Source of the DNA: Lysobacterales bacterium
Lineage (GTDB): Bacteria; Pseudomonadota; Gammaproteobacteria; Xanthomonadales; Marinicellaceae
Direction: 5' to 3'
Assembly (NCBI GenBank): GCA_020442635.1
Contig: JAGRJR010000007.1
Coordinates: forward strand, 434 to 64,433
Length of the DNA: 64,000 bases
Part shown: piece by piece, positions 49,145-58,744 of the stretch
Position numbering within the stretch: position 1 is the stretch's first letter
Layout of the letters: each line of letters starts with the position of its first letter
Position numbers and translations under genes: made by a program
Notes under the pieces: generated by a model
Databases searched by the model: none
Told to the model about the DNA's origin: nothing
The model's input: the letters and a program-made list of their open reading frames with translations, nothing else

Positions 49145-50539
49145 ATGAGCAAACAAGAAACCAAGCCAGTTGAATTGAGTCTCTATAAGGCTCACGAAAA
49201 AATTTACCCAAGAGAAATTAAAGGTCGTTTCCAATTTAAGAGAAAATTGGCGGTCTTTATCTTGTTGGGTTTATTTTACTTTTTACCATGGATCAGTTGG
49301 GAAGGCCAACAAGCTATCTTGTTTGACTTGCCACAACGACGTTTTCATTTATTTGGCTTAACCTTGTGGCCGCAGGATTTTATTTTCCTGGCGTTGATGC
49401 TGATCATTGCGGCATTTTCACTTTTCTTCTTTACCGCTTTGGCGGGCCGCCTTTGGTGCGGTTATGCTTGTCCGCAAACCGTATGGACCGAGGTCTTCAT
49501 TTGGCTTGAACAACTCACCGAAGGTAATCGCAATAAACGGATGAAGTTGGACAATGGTCCTTGGAACTCAGAAAAAATCATCCGTAAATCTTCCAAACAG
49601 TTTCTTTGGATCGTTTTTGCTTTGTGGACAGGGTTCACTTTTGTGGGATTTTTTACACCAATAAAAGAGTTGGCAGCACATGTGATGTCGTGGACTTTGG
49701 GTCCGTGGGAAGGTTTTTGGCTGTTTTTCTACGCCTTGGCAACATATGGTAATGCCGGATTCTTGCGCGAACAGGTTTGTTTATACATGTGTCCTTATGC
49801 CCGATTTCAAAGTGCCATGTTTGACAAGGAAACTTTAATCATATCTTACGATGAAGCTCGGGGCGAACCACGTATGCGTGGTAAAAAAAGGCGTGAAACA
49901 GAAGCCCCTGGAGATTGTATTGATTGCACCATGTGTGTACAGGTTTGTCCAACTGGCATCGATATCCGTGATGGTTTACAGTATGAATGTATCGGCTGTG
50001 CGGCCTGTATTGATGCTTGTGACGAAGTGATGGAAAAAAGTGGCATGCCCAAAGGGTTAATCCGTTACACCACGGAAAATGCTTTAAATGGAAAACCCAC
50101 CCATATTTTCAGGCCCAGAACCATCATATACATGATTATTTTACTTGGTCTGGTCAGTGCATTTGTACTCGCCTTATTTGGTCGTAGCAGCATTGATATG
50201 AATGTAATTCATGATCGTAACAGCTTTTATCGCATCGTGGATGCAAACACCATTGAAAATGTTTATACTCTGAAAATCATGAACAAGGGCACCACAACTG
50301 CACAGTATCAGGTTTCTGCCTCTGGCATAGAAGGCCTTGATGTCGTTCTGGGGATGCATGAAACAGTCATTGCAGCCGAACCTGGTCAACTGGTGATTGT
50401 GCCGATTAAAATTCAGGCCGATAAGCAGCAAGCCAATAAAAAAATTCAAACCATTGAAGTTACTGTTAACCAAGTCGGTGATGACAACGCTGGAGAAGCG
50501 GCTTCTGAAAAAGTTAAATACTTTGGATATAAAAAATGA
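49145..50539 (+). CDS. ccoG: cbb3 oxidase accessory 4Fe-4S protein CcoG/FixG
   Basis: CGYACPQ, CIDCTMCVQVCPTGIDIR, CIGCAACIDACD. Confidence 0.9.
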   Translation: MSKQETKPVELSLYKAHEKIYPREIKGRFQFKRKLAVFILLGLFYFLPWISWEGQQAILFDLPQRRFHLFGLTLWPQDFIFLALMLIIAAFSLFFFTALAGRLWCGYACPQTVWTEVFIWLEQLTEGNRNKRMKLDNGPWNSEKIIRKSSKQFLWIVFALWTGFTFVGFFTPIKELAAHVMSWTLGPWEGFWLFFYALATYGNAGFLREQVCLYMCPYARFQSAMFDKETLIISYDEARGEPRMRGKKRRETEAPGDCIDCTMCVQVCPTGIDIRDGLQYECIGCAACIDACDEVMEKSGMPKGLIRYTTENALNGKPTHIFRPRTIIYMIILLGLVSAFVLALFGRSSIDMNVIHDRNSFYRIVDANTIENVYTLKIMNKGTTTAQYQVSASGIEGLDVVLGMHETVIAAEPGQLVIVPIKIQADKQQANKKIQTIEVTVNQVGDDNAGEAASEKVKYFGYKK

Positions 50540-50730
50540 AAGAACAACCACAAAAAGCACAACCAGCAAAAAAACAGCCCTGGTATAAATACCCATGGGT
50601 TTGGTTCATGATTTCATTGCCAGCCAGTGCTGTTGTAGCGGGTCTTTATACGGTTTATATTGCCCAACAAAACGCACCTCAAGTAATTGTTAAACAAAAC
50701 AAGTTCCAAATAGACAAAGAAGACGAATGA
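50536..50730 (+). CDS. ccoH: short FixH/CcoH-like membrane protein
   Basis: PWYKYPWVWFMISLPASAVVAGLYTV resembles the FixH N-terminal TM. It sits between ccoG and ccoI, with both junctions overlapping by 4 nt. Only 64 aa. Confidence 0.55.
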   Translation: MKEQPQKAQPAKKQPWYKYPWVWFMISLPASAVVAGLYTVYIAQQNAPQVIVKQNKFQIDKEDE

Positions 50731-53099
50731 CTAGCTGTTTTCACTGCGGTGAAACTGTACCTGAAGGTGTAAATTTAACGGCCAAAATTAATCAAGTTGA
50801 GCAGCCGATGTGCTGTATAGGATGTCAAGCGGTGGCTCAGTTTCTGGCAGACAATGACCACCAAGCCTTTTATCAATATCGTGATGACCAGCTTCCTGTC
50901 GAGCAAGTCAGTGTCAATGACAACGATTGGCAACATCTAGACAACGCCGATGTTTTTAAAAAGCTCACACAATCGACTGACAATAACCATTACCAGGTTA
51001 CCATCAAAATAGAAGGTATGTACTGTAGCGCCTGTGGTTGGTTGCTACAAAAGGTCCTGCAATCCCGCCCAGGAATCAGTGATTTACGTATCAATGCAGT
51101 GACGCAAAATTTACAAGTTGTTTTTGATTCTGAAGTCATTAAACTCAGTGAAATTTTTGCCCAAATAAACGCGCTGGGTTATCTACCATTACAACAACAG
51201 GAAACCAGTCAACACGCCAACTATGAACGCAACCGACAACTAAAAAAAATGGCCGTTGCTGGTTTTGGCATGATGTTCATCATGACTTTGGCAGTGCCGC
51301 TTTATTCACCAGAAGCCATGGCTGTGGCTCCTCACATCCAACGGTTTTTTTTGATGATCAGTATGCTGATTGCTACAGTGGTGTTTTTTTATTCCGGTAC
51401 GGATTTCGTCAACAACGCCATTCGTGACCTAAAAAATCGGCATTTGGGTATGGATGTGCCCGTGGCTTTGTCCATAACTTTAGCCTATTTTGTTAGTATT
51501 TATCTTAGCTTCAAACAACAAGGTCATGTTTATTTTGATTCGATGACCATGTTCATCTTTTTTTTACTGCTGGGTCGATTTGTGGAATCTCAGGTTCGGC
51601 ACAAAGGCATGAATGTCCGTGAATCCTTGTTTGCTTTGGTGCCCGTCAGTGCAGAACAGCAAATCGCTGAAGGACACTTCCAAACCATCCCGTTGGATCA
51701 AGTGGTGAAAGGTGATGTGCTGCGAGTTAAGTCGGGACAAACCATACCTTGTGATGGTTTGATTATCAAAGGGCAAGCTCAAGTCAATGAAGCCATCTTG
51801 ACAGGCGAGTCTAAATTGATTGAAAAAAGTTCTGATGATCTGGTTTATGCAGGAGCTAAGTTGGTCAGTGGTGAGGTTTTGATAGAAACTACCGTTAATA
51901 ACCAAGACAGCTTTTTATCGAAACTGGCTGACTTGATGGAATTGGCACAAAGCAAAAAACCTGCCAGTTTGCAATTGGTTGACCGGATTGCCAGTTACTT
52001 TGTGGCTGGGGTGCTGTTACTGGCTGCCATTACCGCCCTTTGGTATGGTTTGAATCAATCAGATGCATTGATGACTGCTTTGTTGTCAGTATTGATTGCC
52101 ACTTGCCCCTGTGCCTTGTCATTGGCCACACCAACCGCTTTAACCGCCGCGGGTGTGCAGTTATTGAACCAGGGCGTATTGGTCAATAATACCGAGGCCA
52201 TTACCCAACTGGATAAAATTGACCAGTGGTATTTTGATAAAACTGGTACCTTGTCAGATGAACAACTGCACATAGTTAAGAGCCATCTGTTGACAGAAGT
52301 AACGGATTTACCCACAATCACCAACTCACTACAACAAATAAGCAACCACCCGATTGCTTCTGCTTTTACAGGATATAGCCAAATTGTTGAAAACCCTCAA
52401 AACCATGCTGGCAAAGGTGTTTCGGGGACTATAACAGGAAAAGACTGGCTGATGGGCAGTCAATCGTGGCTGGCTGAACAAGGTGTGGCTATACCCGAAT
52501 TGGAGCTCAATCCAAATAACACCGTAGTTTATTTGGCTTGTGAGCAACAAATGGTTGCTGCTTTTGAGCTTGCTGTTAATGTGCGAACAGGTGCTGAGGC
52601 GTTAATAGACTTTCTCAAGAAACAAGACAAAAAACTCACCATCATAAGCGGTGATCAAACAGCCACGGTCAATAGTTGGTCACAACACTTAGTGATGGAT
52701 TCAGCTTTTGGTGATTTAACTGCAGAAGATAAAATCAATCACATTACCAAACAACAGCAACAAGGAATCCGATGTGTTATGGTGGGTGACGGCGTTAATG
52801 ATGCGCCGGTTTTGTCACAGGCGGATGTTTCCATCAGTCTGAAACAAGGCGCTTATTTGGCACATTCTGCATCAGACTTGATTGTATTGGGTAAATCCTT
52901 GTTGCCACTGATTAAGGCGCAGCAAACCTCTCACAAAACCAACAACATCATCAAACAAAACTTAATCTGGTCGTTGGTATATAATCTCAGTGTGACACCG
53001 ATTGCCATGATGGGGTTGCTGGCTCCTTGGATGGCGGCCATCGGTATGTCGCTCAGTTCGTTGTTGGTGGTCATGAATTCTAGGAGATTACTTAAATAG
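50727..53099 (+). CDS. ccoI: copper-translocating P1B-type ATPase CcoI/FixI
   Basis: N-terminal CFHCGE...CCIGC, HMA GMYCSACG, CPC, DKTGTLS, GDGVNDAP. Confidence 0.92.
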   Translation: MTSCFHCGETVPEGVNLTAKINQVEQPMCCIGCQAVAQFLADNDHQAFYQYRDDQLPVEQVSVNDNDWQHLDNADVFKKLTQSTDNNHYQVTIKIEGMYCSACGWLLQKVLQSRPGISDLRINAVTQNLQVVFDSEVIKLSEIFAQINALGYLPLQQQETSQHANYERNRQLKKMAVAGFGMMFIMTLAVPLYSPEAMAVAPHIQRFFLMISMLIATVVFFYSGTDFVNNAIRDLKNRHLGMDVPVALSITLAYFVSIYLSFKQQGHVYFDSMTMFIFFLLLGRFVESQVRHKGMNVRESLFALVPVSAEQQIAEGHFQTIPLDQVVKGDVLRVKSGQTIPCDGLIIKGQAQVNEAILTGESKLIEKSSDDLVYAGAKLVSGEVLIETTVNNQDSFLSKLADLMELAQSKKPASLQLVDRIASYFVAGVLLLAAITALWYGLNQSDALMTALLSVLIATCPCALSLATPTALTAAGVQLLNQGVLVNNTEAITQLDKIDQWYFDKTGTLSDEQLHIVKSHLLTEVTDLPTITNSLQQISNHPIASAFTGYSQIVENPQNHAGKGVSGTITGKDWLMGSQSWLAEQGVAIPELELNPNNTVVYLACEQQMVAAFELAVNVRTGAEALIDFLKKQDKKLTIISGDQTATVNSWSQHLVMDSAFGDLTAEDKINHITKQQQQGIRCVMVGDGVNDAPVLSQADVSISLKQGAYLAHSASDLIVLGKSLLPLIKAQQTSHKTNNIIKQNLIWSLVYNLSVTPIAMMGLLAPWMAAIGMSLSSLLVVMNSRRLLK

Positions 53100-53108
53100 G
53101 TTATTGCT

Positions 53109-53294
53109 ATGAATATGGTTTTTGTATTGGTTTTATTAAGTTTGGCACTGGCTGGTTTTGCGGTTTGGGCCTTGATTTGGGCCATCAATAAAAATCAGTT
53201 TGATGATCTTGACAGTCCGGCTTATTCCATCTTAGATGATGATAACGAGCCGAACTTGCCTGCCAATAAAGCCAAACAAGAAACTGAAGAATAA
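53109..53294 (+). CDS. ccoS: cbb3 oxidase maturation protein CcoS/FixS
   Basis: 61 aa with a single TM, then NKNQFDDLDSPAYSILDDD. Confidence 0.85.
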   Translation: MNMVFVLVLLSLALAGFAVWALIWAINKNQFDDLDSPAYSILDDDNEPNLPANKAKQETEE

Positions 53295-53309
53295 GCAAGC
53301 CTTTAATCC

Positions 53310-54023
53310 ATGCTCTCAGCACTCACACCACTTGTTATTGGCTTTTTCTCCGGTTTTCACTGCATTGCCATGTGTGGCGGTCTTTGTGCGGTGATTTGCC
53401 AAAAGCAAAATAACAATCAAACCCTCATTACAAACCTTGGACGCATCACCACTTACACACTGCTCGGTGCACTGTTTGCCGGCATCATTCAAGGCGCCAG
53501 TTTACAATTGGATTTGGGCAATTGGGGCTTTTTCCTGCGCTTGTTGATGGGAGTGATGTTGGTCATCAGCGGTTTGGTGATTCTATTCAAAAACAAAGCC
53601 AAATGGTTGACCATTCAAAAAGCTTTGCCGTTTTGGCCTGCCGTGTCACAAAAACTCAAAAACATCCAACAAGCCACCAGCACACCTGCCGTGTTTGCCA
53701 AAGGCATGCTGTGGGGATTGATTCCCTGTGGTTTGTTGTATGGCATGCTGGTCATTGCCGCAACCACCGCTGATGTCTGGCGTGGTGCCAGCTTTATGCT
53801 GTTCTTTGGTTTGGGAACTTTAATTCCTTTATTGGTTTCACAAAACATCATCCGCAAACTGCTTGATCAAAACAACCGCTGGCTACGAGGTCTATCAGGT
53901 GGTTTCGTGATTTTTCTGGGCTTATGGATTACGCTGTCACCCTGGTTTGCCCATGGCCTGATTCCCGAAGACAACCGCTTTTTTACTGAACTGAGCGCTG
54001 TGTTGTCGATGTGTATACCGTAA
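53310..54023 (+). CDS. DsbD_2/TauE-like membrane protein
   Basis: GFHCIAMCGGLC motif and ~6 TM helices. This is the usual position downstream of ccoS. Confidence 0.65.
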   Translation: MLSALTPLVIGFFSGFHCIAMCGGLCAVICQKQNNNQTLITNLGRITTYTLLGALFAGIIQGASLQLDLGNWGFFLRLLMGVMLVISGLVILFKNKAKWLTIQKALPFWPAVSQKLKNIQQATSTPAVFAKGMLWGLIPCGLLYGMLVIAATTADVWRGASFMLFFGLGTLIPLLVSQNIIRKLLDQNNRWLRGLSGGFVIFLGLWITLSPWFAHGLIPEDNRFFTELSAVLSMCIP

Positions 54024-54248
54024 ATGCTTCCTACGGACTAAAACCTGTCCTAACATCTCCGTAGTTACACAATTTACTCTTGAAATATAAATTTTTTCTT
54101 AACAATCCCTAATTACTTTTTTTACACAATTAATTTAATAGGAAGCTCCTGTTTGCAAAAAATAATGAAACATATGTTGTTTATATTTGAATAAATAAAA
54201 ATATCTACATAAAATGATTTTTTCTTTTAACATATAGGTAGATTGTAA

Positions 54249-54947
54249 ATGAAACATATTTTTTTATTAATATTAATTCATATGTCTTTTAATATCTGCG
54301 CAAAAGAAGAATTAAATACCGAACTTAACGGTGAAATATTTAGAGGCGTGATGCAAGATACATTAGCTCAATTCAATTATCACAGAAGTCAAACGGAATT
54401 TTTATTTCCAGACTACCAAAGAGAGGAGTCATTTTTTAAATCTTTTGGTGAAATAAGTTATCAAGGAGTCATTTCAACGCAAGAGCTTGGTAAATTGGAA
54501 TATGTAACTAAAAATGCCATTATTTATTGGAATACAAGATCAGTTGATTCCAAAAGTGCTGGAAGTTTAGACATGAATCAGTTTATTTTCGAACATCATC
54601 CAAACTTGTTTCCGAATGGTGAACAAAAATTTGTTTGTGGAGGATTATGTATTGGAGCAATTGGTGTTGGTATTGGTGCTATTGCATGTGCAATATGGAA
54701 TGAACAATGTAATACAAGGTGTAGTATGGTATCCTGCCCTGTCGGATCCTCTAAAGTATGTGAATCTTCTTGTGCCACAATGTACTGCGGTGTAGCCTGT
54801 AATCATTTTGATCCAGAATTGCTTCCAATCTTCAATCCACCATGGGCTGGTGGTGTGTGGAATACTTATCCATTTGCCGATTGGAATGAATTTACTTTAA
54901 ATGGAGACCCTTCAGGCGGTAGTGGTCCTGTTACAATAGGAAAGTAA
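54249..54947 (+). CDS. secreted Cys-rich protein with Gly-zipper hydrophobic segment
   Basis: Signal peptide MKHIFLLILIHMSFNICA, GGLCIGAIGVGIGAIACAIW, then NEQCNTRCSMVSCPVGSSKVCESSCATMYCGVACNHF. Very AT-rich gene. Confidence 0.6.
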   Translation: MKHIFLLILIHMSFNICAKEELNTELNGEIFRGVMQDTLAQFNYHRSQTEFLFPDYQREESFFKSFGEISYQGVISTQELGKLEYVTKNAIIYWNTRSVDSKSAGSLDMNQFIFEHHPNLFPNGEQKFVCGGLCIGAIGVGIGAIACAIWNEQCNTRCSMVSCPVGSSKVCESSCATMYCGVACNHFDPELLPIFNPPWAGGVWNTYPFADWNEFTLNGDPSGGSGPVTIGK

Positions 54948-54973
54948 GTTCATTAAAACTTTAATTAATACTT

Positions 54974-55016
54974 AAAACCCCAAAATTAGATTTGATTTTT
55001 TTGGGGTTTTTTGGTT
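54974..55016 (+). terminator. intrinsic terminator
   Basis: AAAACCCCAAAA-13 nt loop-TTTTGGGGTTTT followed by TTGGTTTTG. Confidence 0.7.
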
Positions 55017-55024
55017 TTGTAGTG

Positions 55025-55987
55025 ATGTATATGGATAAAAAACGCCCTGTTTTCTTTGGTTTCATAATTTCTGGTATATTAGCCTTTATTTTGATTGCTC
55101 CAGTTATATTGACAACCTTACAAAACCTATCGGGTAATATAATATTTGAAACCAGTGATATTCACTTTTTGGTTACTGAAGAATCAGAAGATGAAGTTCT
55201 CGCCACCATTCATCAATCTATCAGTAATTTAAGGATTGAGGAATTGGTCAACTTAGAAGTTACGAATGTTGAAAATGACAAAATTTTATCTGTTTATTTT
55301 AAAATAAAATCGAATAAGGGTGTCCAAATCAGTGAATTTATAGAAACACTCAAATCGAACAAATCATTACTTTTTAAAAGCGAAAACTGGAAGTCTTTCA
55401 TGACTGATGATTTTGTAAAGAGTGACTCACTTATATTTTCCCAGCTGGCCTCATTGTTGTTTTTTTCAATCATTTATCTCAAATATTTTCAACACAAGTC
55501 ATTTACTGTTCGTAATTCTCGATACAACCTGGAAAACTTGACAAAAGCTACAGTAGCAATTTGTGGTCTGGTTTTACTGGTTCAAATAATATATCTAATA
55601 TTTGAAAAATTGGGTGTTAATTTTTATGAATATGATGGTGCTTTTAGAAAGACAACGGATAACACTTGGATACTTTATCTCACAACAATTGTATTGATGC
55701 CGGCTTTGGAGGAACTGGTGTTTAGGGGGTTGATATTTAAAAACTTCTTGTTGAATAATATGTTTATAAAGGGCTTCTTGTTCACTTCGGTGTTGTTTGC
55801 GTCACTACACCAATGGCAAATATGGCACTTAAGTTCAGAAGTGAAAATTTCTCAATTTATCATCATGTTTCTAATTTCTATGGTCTTTTGTTGGTTGTAC
55901 AAAAAATCAGGGCAGTTGTGGGTAGTGATTTATGCACATGCGCTCTACAATGGCACACATATTCTGCTTATTCATTTATTCGGGTAA
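55025..55987 (+). CDS. CPBP (CAAX/Abi) family intramembrane metalloprotease
   Basis: Motif 1 EELVFRG, motif 2 FASLH, motif 3 HALYN. Extra ~160-aa N-terminal region after TM1. ATG 55025 is preferred because TTG 54992 lies inside the terminator. Confidence 0.75.
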   Translation: MYMDKKRPVFFGFIISGILAFILIAPVILTTLQNLSGNIIFETSDIHFLVTEESEDEVLATIHQSISNLRIEELVNLEVTNVENDKILSVYFKIKSNKGVQISEFIETLKSNKSLLFKSENWKSFMTDDFVKSDSLIFSQLASLLFFSIIYLKYFQHKSFTVRNSRYNLENLTKATVAICGLVLLVQIIYLIFEKLGVNFYEYDGAFRKTTDNTWILYLTTIVLMPALEELVFRGLIFKNFLLNNMFIKGFLFTSVLFASLHQWQIWHLSSEVKISQFIIMFLISMVFCWLYKKSGQLWVVIYAHALYNGTHILLIHLFG

Positions 55988-56204
55988 AAAGCATAAAAAC
56001 TGATAGAAAAACTCCTCTTACGAATATGTATCAGTTAAGAATCTATCAAACCATCTTTTCTTTCTTATTAAAACAGCCAAAATATCTGAACTTTTTATTT
56101 TCCCCGTTGTTTAACTTTGAAGCGTTAAATCTAACTGATGGCACATTTTTTTGTGTCAATTTTTATCATAATCTATAAGCAAGTTTTTTTGGGGACAGGA
56201 TTCC

Positions 56205-56870
56205 ATGTTGGAATTAACCGACATTAGCAAGATTTATCAAACACAAGGCGAGACCATCACAGCATTGGATCATGTGGACTTATCCATTGCCACCGGAGAG
56301 TTTGTCGCTATCATGGGCCGCTCGGGTTCGGGTAAATCCACCATGCTAAATATTTTGGGCTGTATGGATAAGCCCACTTCGGGTCAATATCTGTTGGCCA
56401 ATAAGGACGTCAGTGCACTGAATGATGATGCCTTGAGCCAAATTCGCAATGATCATATTGGTTTTGTGTTTCAGGGTTTTCACTTATTACCTCGTTTAAG
56501 TGCATTGGAAAATGTGATGGTGCCATTGCGTTTTGCCTCTGCTGAAAAACAGCAAGGCGGCGAACAAAGGGCCAAGGACTTGTTAGACCAGGTTGGCCTG
56601 GGAGAACGCTTGCATCACATGCCCAATGAAATGTCCGGTGGTCAAATTCAAAGAGTGGCCATTGCTCGCTCGTTGATCAATCAGCCTGCTGTGTTACTGG
56701 CTGATGAACCCACTGGTAATCTTGACAGTGCGATATCACAACAAATCATTGATTTGTTATGTTCCTTAAATCAGGCAGGACAAACCATTGTGATGGTCAC
56801 TCATGAGCCTGATATAGCGGAAAATGCTGGGCGTACCATTCACTTTCTTGACGGAAAAATCATCTCATGA
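56205..56870 (+). CDS. ABC transporter ATP-binding protein (MacB/LolD type)
   Basis: Walker A GRSGSGKST, signature MSGGQIQRVAIARSL, Walker B LLADEPTGNLD. Confidence 0.9.
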   Translation: MLELTDISKIYQTQGETITALDHVDLSIATGEFVAIMGRSGSGKSTMLNILGCMDKPTSGQYLLANKDVSALNDDALSQIRNDHIGFVFQGFHLLPRLSALENVMVPLRFASAEKQQGGEQRAKDLLDQVGLGERLHHMPNEMSGGQIQRVAIARSLINQPAVLLADEPTGNLDSAISQQIIDLLCSLNQAGQTIVMVTHEPDIAENAGRTIHFLDGKIIS

Positions 56871-57799
56871 CAAAAGCCATATTTTTGATATTTTTTGCAT
56901 CTTTTGCCCATGCCCAACTGTTTACCGGTGTGGTTGAATCGAGTCAGACTCAGGTGGTTAATATGCCGCAGTTGCGTGGTTGGCAAGGTAAAATAAGTGA
57001 AATGGTGGATGAAGGTACTTTTGTTGAAATTGGAGATTTTTTGGTACGAATTGATGGCAGTGAAGTAGATGGCACCATCGAGTCCAAAGTTGAACAGTTG
57101 GATGTGTTCGAGGCCAGTGCCAAACGCGATATGATTCAAATTGACATCGATTTGAACAATGCTCAACTGGCTTATGAAAAAGCCAAAGTAGATCGCAAAG
57201 TAGCCCAACTAAAAGCCGATGTGCCGGTTAATTTTATTGGTGAACTGGAGTATAAAGAGCGACAATTGGCTTTAAAAACCAGGACCAAAGACCTCAATGA
57301 AGCTGAAAATAACCTCAAATCGAGCCAACAGAAGAAAAAAGAGAAACAACTTGAAGTTGAATTGGGCTTGGAGCAAAAACAAAAAGATCTGGCCTATTGG
57401 CAAGGCCAGTTAGATTCGTTGACCATTAAGGCCAAACAGTCTGGCTATGTCATTTATGCAGCACATCCCTGGACTGGTAGCAAATATCAAGTCGGAGATC
57501 AGGCCAACAGTGGTATGGAAATTTTGAAAGTTTCTAAAAAGCAAAACATGCGGGTTAAAGCTTGGGTGAATGCTATTGATATTCCTGTCATTAGCCAGGG
57601 GAAGGCTGTAAAAGTGTCTTTTGATGCCTTGCCTAACGTAAAAGTAAACGGTGAAATATCCACCATTTCTTCAGGTGGGCGTGACAAAAAAGACTGGGGA
57701 GATGGTTTGTATTATGAAATCGAGGTTACTTTGCCAGATACAGATGACATAGCATTGCTTCCTGGAATGAGTGCCCTGATTCATATTGGCGAGGAGTGA
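56867..57799 (+). CDS. HlyD-family periplasmic adaptor 1
   Basis: Signal/anchor, lipoyl-like half-motifs, a long coiled coil, and a beta-barrel end (LPGMSALIHIG). ATGA overlap with the ATPase gene. Confidence 0.7.
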   Translation: MTKAIFLIFFASFAHAQLFTGVVESSQTQVVNMPQLRGWQGKISEMVDEGTFVEIGDFLVRIDGSEVDGTIESKVEQLDVFEASAKRDMIQIDIDLNNAQLAYEKAKVDRKVAQLKADVPVNFIGELEYKERQLALKTRTKDLNEAENNLKSSQQKKKEKQLEVELGLEQKQKDLAYWQGQLDSLTIKAKQSGYVIYAAHPWTGSKYQVGDQANSGMEILKVSKKQNMRVKAWVNAIDIPVISQGKAVKVSFDALPNVKVNGEISTISSGGRDKKDWGDGLYYEIEVTLPDTDDIALLPGMSALIHIGEE

Positions 57800-57800
57800 G

Positions 57801-58742
57801 ATGAAAAAAATAGTGTTGTTAATTTTAGTGCTAAACCTGTTCCCTGCTGCTGCTGACTTTAAAGCCAATGGTGAATTAAAAGCTTTGGAAACAGACAATT
57901 ATTCACCACCCAAAATTCGCCGAATCTGGCAATATACCATAGCCTTCATGGCGCCTGATGGTAGTCAGGTTAATCCTGGACAACCAGTACTGATGTTCAA
58001 AACCGATCAGTTGAACGAGCGTCTGCTGGATAAACAAGGGGAGTTGAATATCAAACAATCCGAGTTGAAAAAAACCGAAGTTGGTAAGGTGGAAACCATC
58101 CAAAACAAAGACCTTGCTATTGAAGAGAAGAAAATGCTGTTGGACAAAGCGCAACGCAAAGCTGAATTACCCAAAAGTGTGATTGCCTTGAACGAATATG
58201 AAGAAAATCAACTCAAATATCAATTGGCTCGGCTGGAATACCAACATGCCATTGATGATAGACGTTTAACCGAAGAAAAGCTGGATACTGAAATCGATAT
58301 TTTAAATGCAAATATCGCTAAATTTTCGGCCGAAGTTGATGAATTGAATAACTCGATTCAAAGCATGCGCATCATGTCCAAACGCAAAGGTATTGTGATG
58401 CATCAGACCGATTGGAATAATAACAAATATGCAGTAGGGGATTCGGTTTGGGGTGGGGCACGGGTCACTGAAGTCGCTGATTTGGAGCAAATCATCGCTC
58501 AATTAGAAATCAAGGAAAACGACATGTCTCGAGTCAGCGAAGGGCAAAAAGTTAAATTCACGCTGGATGCATATCCCGATATGGAATTCAGCGGTAATAT
58601 CAAATCTTTGTCAAAAGTGGTGCGAACCAAATCGAAAAACCAACCTTCAAAAATTCTTGATGCGATTGTGGCTATTGATGAATTGAACCTTGAAATTATG
58701 CGACCTGGCATGAGCATTAAAGCAACCATTCTGGCGGAATAA
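57801..58742 (+). CDS. HlyD-family periplasmic adaptor 2 (paralogue of adaptor 1)
   Basis: Same architecture, with a C-terminal RPGMSIKATI. ATG lies 1 nt after the upstream stop. Confidence 0.7.
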   Translation: MKKIVLLILVLNLFPAAADFKANGELKALETDNYSPPKIRRIWQYTIAFMAPDGSQVNPGQPVLMFKTDQLNERLLDKQGELNIKQSELKKTEVGKVETIQNKDLAIEEKKMLLDKAQRKAELPKSVIALNEYEENQLKYQLARLEYQHAIDDRRLTEEKLDTEIDILNANIAKFSAEVDELNNSIQSMRIMSKRKGIVMHQTDWNNNKYAVGDSVWGGARVTEVADLEQIIAQLEIKENDMSRVSEGQKVKFTLDAYPDMEFSGNIKSLSKVVRTKSKNQPSKILDAIVAIDELNLEIMRPGMSIKATILAE

Positions 58743-58744
58743 AC

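Noticed and set aside
55813-56178. 121-aa + strand ORF overlapping the CPBP gene end and the intergenic region
   Set aside because: It is out of frame within the CPBP gene, low-complexity and AT-driven, with no SD. The same reasoning applies to 61460-61660.
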